Assembly (NCBI GenBank): GCA_963823665.1
Contig: CAWGMQ010000008.1
Coordinates: forward strand, 384,001 to 448,000
Source: an uncultured Planctomycetota bacterium
GTDB lineage: Bacteria; Planctomycetota; Planctomycetia; Isosphaerales; Isosphaeraceae
Reading direction: 5' to 3'
Length of the DNA stretch: 64,000 nt
The position numbers and the translations under genes are program-made. How positions within the stretch are numbered: the first letter of the stretch is position 1; the number at the start of each line of letters is the position of its first letter. Of this stretch, positions 43,932 through 54,358 are shown piece by piece. The notes under the pieces were generated by a model. That model was not told the origin of the DNA. It saw only the letters and a list, made by a program, of their open reading frames with translations, and ran no database searches.

Positions 43932-45084
43932 TCACCGATTGTTGATTGGCTTCACCGCACGGTGAGGGGGGCCGATATAGCGCGCCCGCGGCCGCATCAA
44001 TCGGTTGTGGTCGAGCTGCTCGATGACGTGGGCTGCCCAGCCAGCGACGCGCGCCATTGCGAAGATCGGCGTGTAGAGGTCGGTGTCGAGCCCCATGTAG
44101 TGATAGAGTCGTGCGCTCGGCCAATCGACATTGGGCGGGAGGTGCTTCTGCGTCGTCACGACTCGCTCGATGGGCTCGGCCATTCTTTCCCAGCGGTCGT
44201 CGCCGATTTCGTTGGCGAGCTCGATGCAGTAGGGCGTGAGAATCGCGGTGCGCGGGTCGCCTTTCTTGTACACGCGGTGTCCGAACCCCATGATTCGCTC
44301 TTTGCGTGCAAGGGCCGCCTGGATCCATTTCTCCGCATTCTCGGGGGAGCCGACTTGCTCGAGCAGCTTCCACGCTTCTTCATTGGCACCGCCGTGCAAG
44401 CGGGCCCTTGAGCGTGCCGATGGCGGCGACGATGCCGGAATAGATGTCAGAAAGCGTGGAAACGGTGACTCTCGCCGAAAAGGTTGAGGCGTTGAGCTCG
44501 TGCTCGGTATAGAGGACCATCGAGAGGTCGAACGCCTCGCGCATGGTCTCGGACGGCACCTTGCCGTTGACCATGTTGAGGAAGTTGGCGGCATGATCGA
44601 GATCGGCTCGGGGCTCGATCACGGGCAGGCCTTTGACAATCCGCTCGCGAAAGGCGACGGCGGTGGCCATCTGGGCGAGCAGACGCTCGGCCTTGCGGAC
44701 GTTGGCGGCATGATCCAGGGGCGAAGCGTTGCAATCGGGATCGAAATGAGCCAGCACACTCACCGAGCTGCGCAGAACGTCCATGGGATGGACGTTCTTG
44801 GGAATCTGACCGTAGAGGGCGACGAGCGGCTCTGGAATCGCTCGACTGCGTCTGAGTCGAGCGTCGAACTCGCTCAACTGTGCGCGGGTCGGGAGATCGC
44901 CGTGCAGGAGCAGGAAGGCAGTTTCCTCGTAGGAGACGTGACCGGCGAGGTCTTCGATCCGGTAGCCTCGGTACTCGAGGCCGCCGGCGCCGTCGGTCCC
45001 CTCGATATTGGCGATGGCCGTTTCATTCGCAATGACGCCTTCCAGGCCAGGACGATAATCGTCCGCCGCAGACACGCCGCTCAT
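43932..45084 (-). CDS. Citrate/2-methylcitrate synthase family (frameshift near 44400)
   Basis: GLEGV, EHELNASTF, GPLHGGANE, MGFGHRVY..GDPR, PNVD. Confidence 0.92.
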
Positions 45085-45246
45085 ATCGGAACTCCACAGA
45101 AATTTGATCGCCACGGCAGCACAAGCGGTCGAGAACCACACGACCGGCCGGGATGAGCAAGGATCGGGCCCTCGCTCGCGAGCAACGCCCGATTTCTTCC
45201 GAGTCTATTCCGCCAGTCTAGACGAATCGGCCCGAGTGTTCCATGA

Positions 45247-45800
45247 CTAAGTTGTGTCCTCGGGGCTCGGAAAGTCATCGCTTGCCGATTGGGCAGAGGG
45301 CAAGGAGAGAAGGCGCACGGCGAGGGAGTCGATCAGCCCGAAGAACTGGCGCAGCGACTCGACGCGTGCCTGCACTTGGGCCATGTCCGGGCGAGCCTGG
45401 GCGAGGCGCACCGTGCGATCGAGCACTTCGAGACTGGGATCGAGCTCACGCCGCTTGCGTTCGGAGAGGATCCTTGCGAAACAGTGTCCAGACATCGGTC
45501 TCGGCGCGGAACAACTCGCGGCGCTCACCGGGGCGATGGACCCGGTGTACGACTCCCCAGGCGAGCAGCTCGCGCAGGTTCATGCTGACATTACCGCGCG
45601 AGACCCCGCAGTGTTTTGCGGAGATCGTCGGCCGTCCAGTCGGTACCGGTGATGTAGAGCAAGGCGAACAGCTCGCCCATGCTGGAATTGATGCCCCAGG
45701 TGCGAGCCATCAGGCCCCAGTGCGCGACGAAGTCGTCGATGAGAGAATCCGAAGGAGCCGGGGCCTGCTCGGCTCGTGATCGTGCGCGCCCGGGATTCCT
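45247..45800 (-). CDS. GbsR/MarR-family transcriptional regulator (frameshifted; start unclear)
   Basis: Manual read: FVAHWGLMARTWGINSSMGELFALLY..SRGNVSMNLRELLAWG..ERKRRELDP. Confidence 0.75.
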
Positions 45801-46054
45801 CCTTGGAAGCGTTCAACGGGGGACTCCGGCTTAATATGGGATCGATGTCTGCAGCGGGGAGTGATTGTACGGGTTGCATGCGTGGTTCGCCGATCAAACC
45901 GTATCATTTCCGAGAAAATAATGAAAGTTCGCGTCTTGATTTTCGGGTACAATAAGATTGCATGCCCCGATTCGCGTACGCACGGAGCCGGGCCAGGTCC
46001 CCGGCAGATCGCTTGGTGGTCCGGGGTAGATTTTTGATCTGAGGAGACGCTGCA

Positions 46055-46219
46055 ATGCCTGAAACCGTGGTTCACTTCCAGATTCGCATGCCTCCGGTGC
46101 TGCACGAGCAACTGGCGAGCTGGGCGAAGGAAGACAAAGCTTCCTTGAACGCCCTGATCGTCGGCATCCTCGAAGACGCCATCAAGGTGCACGAGAAGTC
46201 CGTCGCACATAAGGAGTGA
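46055..46219 (+). CDS. Arc/HicB-like ribbon-helix-helix DNA-binding protein (54 aa), absent from ORF track
   Basis: GAGGAG RBS; MPETVVHFQIRMPPVLHEQLASWAKEDKASLNALIVGILEDAI. Confidence 0.8.
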   Translation: MPETVVHFQIRMPPVLHEQLASWAKEDKASLNALIVGILEDAIKVHEKSVAHKE

Positions 46220-46418
46220 TCGGACCGGCCCTACCGGTCTCGTCCGCAAACCGGGCTCAGGGTCGTTCTGTCGTCCCCTGCCAAGAGGCCGCTCCGTGCG
46301 AGCGGTCCCGATCGCTGACCCGAAGAAGCACGCGAGAAGCTCGCCCACCGGTGCGAACGGGACAGGACCGAGTGACCTTGAGCGAGGGCAGCCGCGCCGG
46401 TATGCTCGAAGTACTCTT

Positions 46419-46490
46419 TCCCCGATAGCTCAATGGTAGAGCGAGCGGCTGTTAACCGCTAGGTTCAAGGTTCGAGTCCTTGTCGGGGAG
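46419..46490 (+). tRNA. tRNA-Asn (GTT), CCA not encoded
   Basis: Acceptor TCCCCGA/TCGGGGA, D-arm GCTC/GAGC, anticodon stem AGCGG/CCGCT with GTT, T-loop TTCGAGT. Confidence 0.97.
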
Positions 46491-46673
46491 TTTCATGCAT
46501 GGCTCGATGCCACTGAGTACTCCATTTCTCGCGTGTTCGAGCTCGAATTCGTGCGGCAAATCCGGTCTCGGCCGTGCGACAGGGCGCGCCGGAAGGGATC
46601 TGGCGGCAGAACCCGGCCAGGTGAACGCTTGCGTGACAGCTTAAGAAAGCTTGCCGCGTGGGCGTGAAGGTCG

Positions 46674-48785
46674 CTATTCCGAGACGAGGATAATGGTTGC
46701 GTGGGATTCGACGCGATAGCGTTCGAGTACGGGCACGAGTGGCCCTTGGTCGTCGTCGACGATGTCGTCGGGGGCGGGAAGCGCGGTGTCGAGCTTGCGG
46801 CGCCAGGGGCGGCCTGAGGGGGCGGCGGGGATTTTGAACTCGAGCGGACGCACGTAGGCGTTCATGGCCACGTAGATGTCGCGATCGACGAAATTCGGGC
46901 GGTCGGTGCAGCGGCCGTCGAGGGCGAACGCGAGCGAGTGGCTGTTGTAGGAGAAGTCGGGTTTGGCGGGCTCGACGCCATGCCAGACGATTTCCGGAGG
47001 GAGGCCGCCTCGGTCTCCGCTGAAGAACGTTCGCCGGCGCAAGGTGGGGTGAGCTTTCCGGAAGGCGATCAACATTTTCACGAAGCGAAGGAAGTCGGCG
47101 TTTTGCTGCCGGAGGGCCCAGTCGACCCAGCTCAAGGAATTGTCCTGGCACCATGCGTTGTTATTGCCGTGCTGGGTGCGGAGGAACTCATCGCCGCCCA
47201 TGATCATCGGCACGCCCTGAGAGACCATCAGCGTTGTGAGCAGGTTCCGCACCTGACGGCGCCTTAGCGCAACGACTTTTGGGTCGTCGGTCGGACCCTC
47301 GGCGCCACAGTTCCAGGACCAGTTCGCGTCGCTGCCGTCACGGTTTCCTTCGCCGTTGGCTTCATTGTGCTTGTAGTTGTAGGAGACGAGGTCGTAGAGG
47401 GTGAATCCGTCGTGGCAGCAGAGGAAGTTGATCGAGTGAAGCGGACCGCGGCCGTGGAAGAGGTCGTCGCTGCCGCAGAGCCTGGTGGCGAGCGAGGTGG
47501 TCATGTCGGGGTCGCCGCGCCAGAATTTTCGGACGTCGTCGCGATAGCGGCCGTTCCAGTCGGCCCAGCGGCCCTCGCCGGGGAAGGTGCCGACCTGGTA
47601 GAGACCGGCGGCATCCCAGGGCTCGGCGATCAACTTGACGTCGCGAAGGAGCGAGTCTTCCGAGATGCGAGTGATCACGGGGGGCTCAAGGATCACGTTG
47701 CCGTGACGGTCACGGCCGAAGACCGAGGCCAGATCGAACCGGAATCCGTCGACCCCTCCCTCGACGACCCAGTTCCGCAGACATTCGAGCAGGTAATTGC
47801 GGACGTTGGGGTGGTCGCTGGAAAAGGTATTTCCGCAGCCGCTATAGTTCAAGTACCGACCTTTGTCGTCGAGCATGTAGTAAAGGGTGTTGTCGATGCC
47901 TTTAAAACTCAAAGTCGGCCCGCCTTCGCCTCCCTCGGCCGTGTGATTGAAGACGACGTCGAGGATGACTTCGATTCCGGTCGAGTGGAACGCGTCGACC
48001 ATCTGGCAGAACTCGTGCCAGGGGGCGTAGCGCTCGGGATTGTTGGAATAAGCCGCCTTGGGCGCGCAGAAGAGAACCGGGTTGTAACCCCAGAAGTTGC
48101 GGAGCCTCTCGCCGGTGAGCGGATTGACGAAGTGGCAGTCGTTTTCGTCGAACTCGTCGACGGGGAGCAATTCGACGGTGGTGATTCCCAGGTCGGCGAG
48201 CTCGCCGGCTTTCTCAGCTAACCCGGCGTAGGTTCCGGGATAGTGCACGCCGGAGCTGGGGTCGATCGTATAGCCGCGCACGTGCAGCTCGTAGATGATC
48301 ATGTCTTCCCGAGGCGTGCGCGGGCCGTCGACGCGGGGCCGCTCGATCATCGATTCGGTCATCAGGCAGCGGCGGGGGAGGCTGCCGGAGAGCCCCCATG
48401 GGCGACCGCATGAAAGCGCCCGCGAGTAGGGGTCGTGCAAGATGAACCGCGTGTCGAAGCGATGGCCGTTGTCCTTGGGCCCGTCGACGCGATAGCCGTA
48501 ACAGAATTCTGCGGGAAGGCCGTCGACGCGGACGTGCCAGTGGTCGCCGGTGCGATTGTGGAGCGGGTCGAGCGGGATCTCGGCGTGGATCTCGCCGTCG
48601 CAGGGTTCCGACAGGATGAGCCAGACGTCCGTCCCATGCCGGCAGAGCAGGACGAAATTGATACCGGCGGGGGTGGCGACGGCGCCCGCTGGGAGCGGGC
48701 TACCGCGGGTCACGATGAGCGGATTGTCGCGATAGCTGTATTCGAGGCGATTGACGTCCTTGGTTTTTTCGGTCACGTTCAGCAT
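46674..48785 (-). CDS. glgX: Glycogen debranching enzyme (isoamylase, GH13)
   Basis: IYELHVRG, NFWGYNP, DVVFNHT, DGFRFDLA, AEPWD, CHDGFTL. Confidence 0.93.
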   Translation of the reverse strand: MLNVTEKTKDVNRLEYSYRDNPLIVTRGSPLPAGAVATPAGINFVLLCRHGTDVWLILSEPCDGEIHAEIPLDPLHNRTGDHWHVRVDGLPAEFCYGYRVDGPKDNGHRFDTRFILHDPYSRALSCGRPWGLSGSLPRRCLMTESMIERPRVDGPRTPREDMIIYELHVRGYTIDPSSGVHYPGTYAGLAEKAGELADLGITTVELLPVDEFDENDCHFVNPLTGERLRNFWGYNPVLFCAPKAAYSNNPERYAPWHEFCQMVDAFHSTGIEVILDVVFNHTAEGGEGGPTLSFKGIDNTLYYMLDDKGRYLNYSGCGNTFSSDHPNVRNYLLECLRNWVVEGGVDGFRFDLASVFGRDRHGNVILEPPVITRISEDSLLRDVKLIAEPWDAAGLYQVGTFPGEGRWADWNGRYRDDVRKFWRGDPDMTTSLATRLCGSDDLFHGRGPLHSINFLCCHDGFTLYDLVSYNYKHNEANGEGNRDGSDANWSWNCGAEGPTDDPKVVALRRRQVRNLLTTLMVSQGVPMIMGGDEFLRTQHGNNNAWCQDNSLSWVDWALRQQNADFLRFVKMLIAFRKAHPTLRRRTFFSGDRGGLPPEIVWHGVEPAKPDFSYNSHSLAFALDGRCTDRPNFVDRDIYVAMNAYVRPLEFKIPAAPSGRPWRRKLDTALPAPDDIVDDDQGPLVPVLERYRVESHATIILVSE

Positions 48786-49063
48786 TTCGATCTTCGCGCC
48801 GGTGCGAGGGAAGGATTCATATGGCGGTGGGAATCTCTCGCTGCCGATTTTCGTGGGGGGGTATCGCGGAGTCAAGTAGTTGACGGGCAGGTCTCCTCGA
48901 GGCGAGCCTCCCATCCAAGCCGGCGCTCACCTTGAAAGCGCTCTTGCGGCGGACGATAATCGGCTCTGGCTATTCGTCGCTGCCGCCTGGATGCGGCGAG
49001 GGATCGCTCGCGGCAATCTGGAGGTTTGGTCTCATCGTTTCCTTCGATCAGAGGGGGCTATCG

Positions 49064-49480
49064 ATGGACGCCGATCCGATTCCGACGGAATTCGCCATTC
49101 GGAAACCGTGCCCCACGGACTGGGAGCGCATGGTCGGGGATGATCGTAGGAGATTCTGTGGGGAATGTGGGAAGCACGTTTACAACCTCACGGCAATGAG
49201 CCCCGACGAGGCGGCATCGATCGTCGCAGGCGTCCGCGACGGGGGCGAACGAAGGTGCGTTCGGCTTTACCAGCGGCAAGATGGCTCGCTGTCGCTATCG
49301 AATTGTCAGCCTCCGGGGGCACGAAGCGCGGGAGGAGCCTGGCAGTTCACGATCCGATCGCTCATGGCCGTGATCGCCGGCTGTGCGGCGTTACTGGGAC
49401 TGGCAAAGTGGATTGCGCCGGAATTCAAGCAGCCGCCGCCGACCCTTAATTCTCAAGTCATCACGGGTGACGTGTATTGA
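49064..49480 (+). CDS. Small Cys-rich membrane protein
   Basis: PCPTDWERMVG..RFCGECGKHVYNL, CVR, C-terminal TM FTIRSLMAVIAGCAALLGL. Confidence 0.7.
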   Translation: MDADPIPTEFAIRKPCPTDWERMVGDDRRRFCGECGKHVYNLTAMSPDEAASIVAGVRDGGERRCVRLYQRQDGSLSLSNCQPPGARSAGGAWQFTIRSLMAVIAGCAALLGLAKWIAPEFKQPPPTLNSQVITGDVY

Positions 49481-49485
49481 TTGTT

Positions 49486-49782
49486 ATGCTGTACATGGTG
49501 GTCGAACGATTCAAGCCGGGTGCCGCGGTCGAGGTTTATCGGCGTGCGCGCGAGCAGGGGCGGTTGTTGCCCGACGGATTACTGTATGTTTCGAGTTGGG
49601 TCGACCTCGATTTCACGACGTGTTTTCAGATCATGGAGACCGAGGACGCGGGACTGTTTGAGCAATGGATGAAGAAGTGGGATGATCTTGTTGAGTTCGA
49701 GGTTGTTCCGGTTCGAACATCGGCCGAGGCGAACGAGCTTGCCCCGAGAATCGCGCGGATTTCTGGAGGCGATGGTCGGTGA
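49486..49782 (+). CDS. DUF3303 family protein
   Basis: MLYMVVERF, LPDGL..VSSWV, CFQIME, WDDLVEFEVVPV. Confidence 0.75.
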   Translation: MLYMVVERFKPGAAVEVYRRAREQGRLLPDGLLYVSSWVDLDFTTCFQIMETEDAGLFEQWMKKWDDLVEFEVVPVRTSAEANELAPRIARISGGDGR

Positions 49783-50725
49783 TGGCCGCCCCCTGATCTC
49801 GCTCACGGGGCTGTGCCTGGCGCTTGCGGGGGTGTTTGCGCTCTTTCAATCCGCGACCGGTCATTTTCTGCCGCACGACACCGAGTTCCTCCGGATGGCG
49901 CCGGAGGACCTGTGCAGCATTAATGAATGCCGGATCGTGCACTTCATGTTTCACGATCGCGTGAGCTTCGGCGGCTCGCTGATTGCGATCGGCGTCATCT
50001 ATTTGTGGCTGGCGGCCTTTCCGCTTGAAGCCGGGGAAGCGTGGGCCTGGTGGGCGCTCGTTGTCAGCGGCGTGGTGGGCTTTGGCAGTTTTCTCACGTA
50101 TCTGGGGTATGGATATCTCGACACGTGGCATGGTGCCGCGACGCTTGGGCTGCTGCCGTGCTTTGGCGGCGGAGTGTGGCTGGTGCGGCGGTCGATCGCA
50201 ACCAGCGCGGCATCCAGCGGCGCTGGCGCGTCGTGGCGCTCGCTTTTGCGGCCGGGAGCCACGATGGACTGGTGGTCAACGGCGGGCGTAGGCCGGATGT
50301 GCCTGTTAATCGCCGCGCTAGGCCTCGTTGGCGCGGGCTTCACGATCCAGACGATCGGGGTGACTCGTGTGTTTGTGCCGACGGACCTGGCGTTCATGGG
50401 GCTCTCCCGGGATCAACTCGGCGCGATCAATCCACGTCTCGTGCCGCTGATCGCGCACGACCGCGCGGGGTTTGGCGGCGGTGTTGCCACGGCGGGGCTC
50501 CTCGTGCTGGCGTGCGTCTGGTGCTCCCGACCTTCGCGATCGCTCTGGCAGGCCTTGTTGCTCGCCGGACTCGCCGGCTGGACGACGGCAATCGGAATCC
50601 ATCCGATCATCGGTTATGTCGATGCCGGGCATCTCGCACCGGCGGTGGTCGGCGCAATGCTGTTTTTCGTCGGGCTCGGGCTTTCGTGGTCGTCGATGTG
50701 CGGCAGGAGCCGGGCGGAGAGTTAA
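49682..50725 (+). CDS. Polytopic membrane protein with internal duplication (start uncertain)
   Basis: About 8 hydrophobic segments; two HDR..FGG repeats. Confidence 0.65.
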   Translation: MILLSSRLFRFEHRPRRTSLPRESRGFLEAMVGDGRPLISLTGLCLALAGVFALFQSATGHFLPHDTEFLRMAPEDLCSINECRIVHFMFHDRVSFGGSLIAIGVIYLWLAAFPLEAGEAWAWWALVVSGVVGFGSFLTYLGYGYLDTWHGAATLGLLPCFGGGVWLVRRSIATSAASSGAGASWRSLLRPGATMDWWSTAGVGRMCLLIAALGLVGAGFTIQTIGVTRVFVPTDLAFMGLSRDQLGAINPRLVPLIAHDRAGFGGGVATAGLLVLACVWCSRPSRSLWQALLLAGLAGWTTAIGIHPIIGYVDAGHLAPAVVGAMLFFVGLGLSWSSMCGRSRAES

Positions 50726-50728
50726 CTC

Positions 50729-51592
50729 ATGCACAATGGCGCGAATCATTCGCCTGGTCACGACCTGCCGACGCTCGGCCAGCTCGGCGGCGATCTGCTC
50801 GATGTCACGCCCTTGCAGGTGATCTGGACTCTGGCGCTGCCGTTGGTTGCGATGGGATGCTACGCGATTTTTGCGTGGTGGCGCGTCTGGCCGCTGGCGG
50901 TTGCCTCGGTGATGATGCTCTCGTTTGTGACGTACGGCTCGACCTCACACGACCTCGTTCACCGCACGCTGGGCCTGCCGCGCCGGTTGAATGACTTTTT
51001 ACTCAGCTTGATCGAGCTGCTCTCGCTGCGCAGCGGCACGGCCTATCGTCTTTCGCATCTGAATCATCATCGGCTTCTTCTCGGCGATGGGGATATCGAA
51101 GGCGAGACGGCACGTGGCTCGCTCTTGAGTGCCGTTTCCAGCGGGCCGACCTTGCAGGTTCGACTCTGGGTCTGGGCGTGGCAGCGGTACAAGCCGATGC
51201 GGCCGCGGCTGTTGATCGAAGGGATCGGGATCGTGCTGTTGATCGTCATGGCCATCTTTGCGCTGCGGTTGGGTCCGGGGCCGCTGGTTTATGTCGTGCT
51301 CGTCATCGGAGGGAGCTGGTTGTTTCCGCTGATCACGGTTTACATTCCACATGATGGACGTGCGGAAGGGCCGCTGGCCCAGACTCGTCTCTTTCGCGGA
51401 CGGCTTGTTCAGTTGATTGCCTTCGAGCATCTTTATCATCTCGAGCATCATCTTTATCCGGCCGTGCCCCATCATCAATGGAAAGAGTTGGCGCGGCGGC
51501 TGGACCCGCATTTTGCGCGTGTGGGAGTGAAGCCGCACCGGTGGCTGCGTAGGGGTGCGGCCGAAGGGGACACTGCGCGAGGTGGTTCCTGA
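50729..51592 (+). CDS. Membrane fatty acid desaturase family protein
   Basis: His boxes HDLVH, HLNHH, HLEHH. Confidence 0.85.
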   Translation: MHNGANHSPGHDLPTLGQLGGDLLDVTPLQVIWTLALPLVAMGCYAIFAWWRVWPLAVASVMMLSFVTYGSTSHDLVHRTLGLPRRLNDFLLSLIELLSLRSGTAYRLSHLNHHRLLLGDGDIEGETARGSLLSAVSSGPTLQVRLWVWAWQRYKPMRPRLLIEGIGIVLLIVMAIFALRLGPGPLVYVVLVIGGSWLFPLITVYIPHDGRAEGPLAQTRLFRGRLVQLIAFEHLYHLEHHLYPAVPHHQWKELARRLDPHFARVGVKPHRWLRRGAAEGDTARGGS

Positions 51593-51738
51593 TCTTTGCT
51601 AATCTCGCGATCTGGTCCGCAACGGCGGACCCTACGGCTCAGATCCGGTCCGCATGAGAAGAAGTGCGGGCCGAAGCTTGGGCGGTCCTCCCGCGAACTG
51701 GGGGAGTGGTACAAGGACGATTTCGCCGGGGCTGAAGC

Positions 51739-51927
51739 TCATGGCTTGCGGCTCGGGCGTAGGTCAGCCTCGCTGTAATCGGGCTCGTTGCCGTCGTAAG
51801 CCCGCGCGAGCTGTTCTTGCCCGAACCTCGACCACTCTTGCCGGTCCTGCTCCATGGCGAGAAATCGGGCGAAGTCGATCAACTGGCGGACCCGCTCCTC
51901 CGAGAGCCCATCCACGATCGGCTCGAG
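51739..51927 (-). pseudogene. 5'-truncated DUF2281-like antitoxin fragment
   Basis: LEPIVDGLSEERVRQLIDFARFL..EWSRFGQEQLARAY..EPDYSEADL; no own start. Confidence 0.55.
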
Positions 51928-54358
51928 ACGGCGGTGTGTTTTTCCAGCTCCCGCCGCGAAGGACCCGTATCGAGGCCCCCGCCGCGGGACCGGTCGGATC
52001 GTCCGCGGGTGACCCATCGTAGTATCCCCCGAGGTGCCAATCCCAGCACCACTCCCAGACGCTGCCATGCATGTCATACAGCCCGAACCCGTTCGGCCGT
52101 TTCTGGCTCACCGGGTGCGTTCGCGAATCGCAGTTGGCGTCGAACCAGCCATGTATTCCCAACTCCACCACATTGTCTCCGAACGAGAAGCGCGCCGGAG
52201 TGGACGCGTTCGCCCGGCAGGCGTATTCCCACTCCGCCTCCGTCGGCAATCGATAGCCCTGCCCATTCCAGTCTGGAACCCGGACATCGTTCCCATCGAT
52301 CTCATAGAAGGGCTTCTTACCCTCCTTTTCGCTGAGGTTGTTGCAGAACCGGATCGCGTCTGGCCAGGAAACGTTCTCCGCTGGAAACTGGTCGGTCGAC
52401 TGACCGGCGACCCGGTCCTTGCCTCCACCATTTGCCGAGAACTGGCTCGGATTGCTGCCCATCACGGATTTATACTGGGCCTGGGTCACTTCGGTCACTC
52501 CGAGATAAAACGACTTGCTTATCCGCACGCGGTGCAAAGGTTTCTCGTCGTCTTGAGCCTCCAAGGCGTCGTCGGGTGAGCCCATGAAGAACTCGCCGGC
52601 GGGAATCAGCTTGAACGTCATCCCGATCGAGTTTGTGATCGATTCAAGGCCGTCAGCATTCGGAAGCTCGTTGGTCGGTCTGTCGGGAGCGACAAACCGG
52701 ACTGTGAACTTCGCTTTACCCTGCGCCTGGACGCTCACTTCTTCCCCGGATGTCTCAATTCCATCTTTCTTGACCGTGATCTTGTGCTTGCCAGGCGTGA
52801 CCGTGACCACCGCGGGCTTTCCTCCGCCGGGCCAGGTGACGGCAACAACGTCGCCGTCGACCAGGACTGTCGCATCCGGCGGGAGATTCAGCAACTCGAT
52901 CACGCCGTCCTTCGTCTTTATCTTGAACACTCCAGCCGCCCAGGCGACGACGAGCGCGAGCAGCAGCAACGCGGCGACGGCCAAGCAGGCGCAGAGCGCG
53001 GGACGGGTCAGCTTTTTGAATGCCGGCGGCTCGGGGTTGGGCTTTCCTGAGTCCAGAGCCGAATCGGAGAGCAGCCGCTCAACGGCGGATTTGCCGAGGT
53101 CTGACTTGGTCGCGCCCTCGGGAGCCAATGTGCGGTCAGGCCGATCCAGGGTTCGGCCGGCTCTCTCGAGAGTCTCGGTAAATGGGGCGAGTGCCAGGAC
53201 CACCTCGACGGGAGTGGACGGGCGATGCGACGGAGACTTGGCCATCATTTGCTCGACGAATCGGGCCAGCTCCGGTGGGATGTCCGTGCGAAGGTCGGCG
53301 AGCGGCCGCGGGGTTTTCTCGCTGTGGGCTAGCAGCTTCTGGATCAGACTGCCACCGGGGAACGGCGGGCGGGCGGTTAGTAGAAAATAGAGCGTGCAGC
53401 CCAGGCTGTAGATGTCGGCTCGGATGTCCGCATCGTGCGGGTTGTGGATCTGCTCGGGGGCGATGTAATCGGCGGAGCCCAGGACCATGCCCTCGCCCGT
53501 CAGGCCGCCATGGCTCGCGACTTCGCTGGCGAATCGCGCTAGACCGAAGTCGAGGATTTTGATCTGGCCGCGGGTCGTCCGCATCAGGTTCTGCGGCTTG
53601 ATGTCGCGGTGGACCATCCCGTCCTCGAACGCGTGCTGGAGACCCAGCGCCGTCTGGCGGGCGTAGTCGCATGCTTCGCCGACCGGCAACGGACCGCGGC
53701 GCTCGACCTCGCGTGCCAGGTCGGTTCCCTCGATGAATTCCATGACCAGCATGTGCGTCTCTCCGGCCTGCTCGGCGTCATAAGCGGCCACGATGTTCGG
53801 GTGTGATGCCAGGCGCGCGGCGGACTTGACCTCGCGGCGGAAGCGCTCGACGAGCGCGGGCTTGCCCAGCAAGTCGCCACGGATGACCTTGAGGGCGACC
53901 GGCCGGTCCATCAACTTATGCTCGGTGCGGTAGACCGACCCCATGCCGCCGACCCCGATCGCGGCGACGACCCGGTAACGGGGGTGGTCGCTCAGCTCCG
54001 GCGGGAGCGCGGCCAGGCCGGGCGATCCGGGAGGCGCGCCGGCGACCGTCGGCTTGTCGTGGAGGGCAGTGTTCTCCGTCGGGCCCAGGATCAAGGATGA
54101 GGCGATCTGGAAGCCGGCTGGCGGTCCATCAGCCGGCTTTTCCTGCTCGGTCTGCGGTGCCACGGCCATCGCGGTCGAGCGGCCGCGAAGCTTGGCCACA
54201 AACGAGTCGTCCGGCTGGTTGCGGACCAACTGGCAACACGAGTCGCACAGACCGATGTGTTCCTCGATCTCGTCCATCTCCGGCTCGTCGAGCAGGCCCT
54301 GTGCATACACGGCCAGGCGGTCGACAGGTGGGTGAAGGGCCTCGATTTCCGGCATCAT
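51764..54358 (-). CDS. Ser/Thr kinase with N-terminal zf-HC2 anti-sigma-type finger, TM, PEGA-like and FGE-sulfatase domains (C-terminus truncated)
   Basis: HIGLCDSC; HRDIKPQN, DFG; RLPTEAEWEYACRA, NGFGLYDMHGSVWEWC, RVLRGGSW then homology ends. Confidence 0.9.
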   Translation of the reverse strand: MMPEIEALHPPVDRLAVYAQGLLDEPEMDEIEEHIGLCDSCCQLVRNQPDDSFVAKLRGRSTAMAVAPQTEQEKPADGPPAGFQIASSLILGPTENTALHDKPTVAGAPPGSPGLAALPPELSDHPRYRVVAAIGVGGMGSVYRTEHKLMDRPVALKVIRGDLLGKPALVERFRREVKSAARLASHPNIVAAYDAEQAGETHMLVMEFIEGTDLAREVERRGPLPVGEACDYARQTALGLQHAFEDGMVHRDIKPQNLMRTTRGQIKILDFGLARFASEVASHGGLTGEGMVLGSADYIAPEQIHNPHDADIRADIYSLGCTLYFLLTARPPFPGGSLIQKLLAHSEKTPRPLADLRTDIPPELARFVEQMMAKSPSHRPSTPVEVVLALAPFTETLERAGRTLDRPDRTLAPEGATKSDLGKSAVERLLSDSALDSGKPNPEPPAFKKLTRPALCACLAVAALLLLALVVAWAAGVFKIKTKDGVIELLNLPPDATVLVDGDVVAVTWPGGGKPAVVTVTPGKHKITVKKDGIETSGEEVSVQAQGKAKFTVRFVAPDRPTNELPNADGLESITNSIGMTFKLIPAGEFFMGSPDDALEAQDDEKPLHRVRISKSFYLGVTEVTQAQYKSVMGSNPSQFSANGGGKDRVAGQSTDQFPAENVSWPDAIRFCNNLSEKEGKKPFYEIDGNDVRVPDWNGQGYRLPTEAEWEYACRANASTPARFSFGDNVVELGIHGWFDANCDSRTHPVSQKRPNGFGLYDMHGSVWEWCWDWHLGGYYDGSPADDPTGPAAGASIRVLRGGSWKNTPPSRADRGWALGGAGPPVDRLRPISRHGAGPARVVEVRARTARAGLRRQRARLQRG

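Noticed and set aside
46419..46680. tRNA-Asn as integration site of an island
   Set aside because: No integrase and no duplicated tRNA 3' end seen; housekeeping glgX follows
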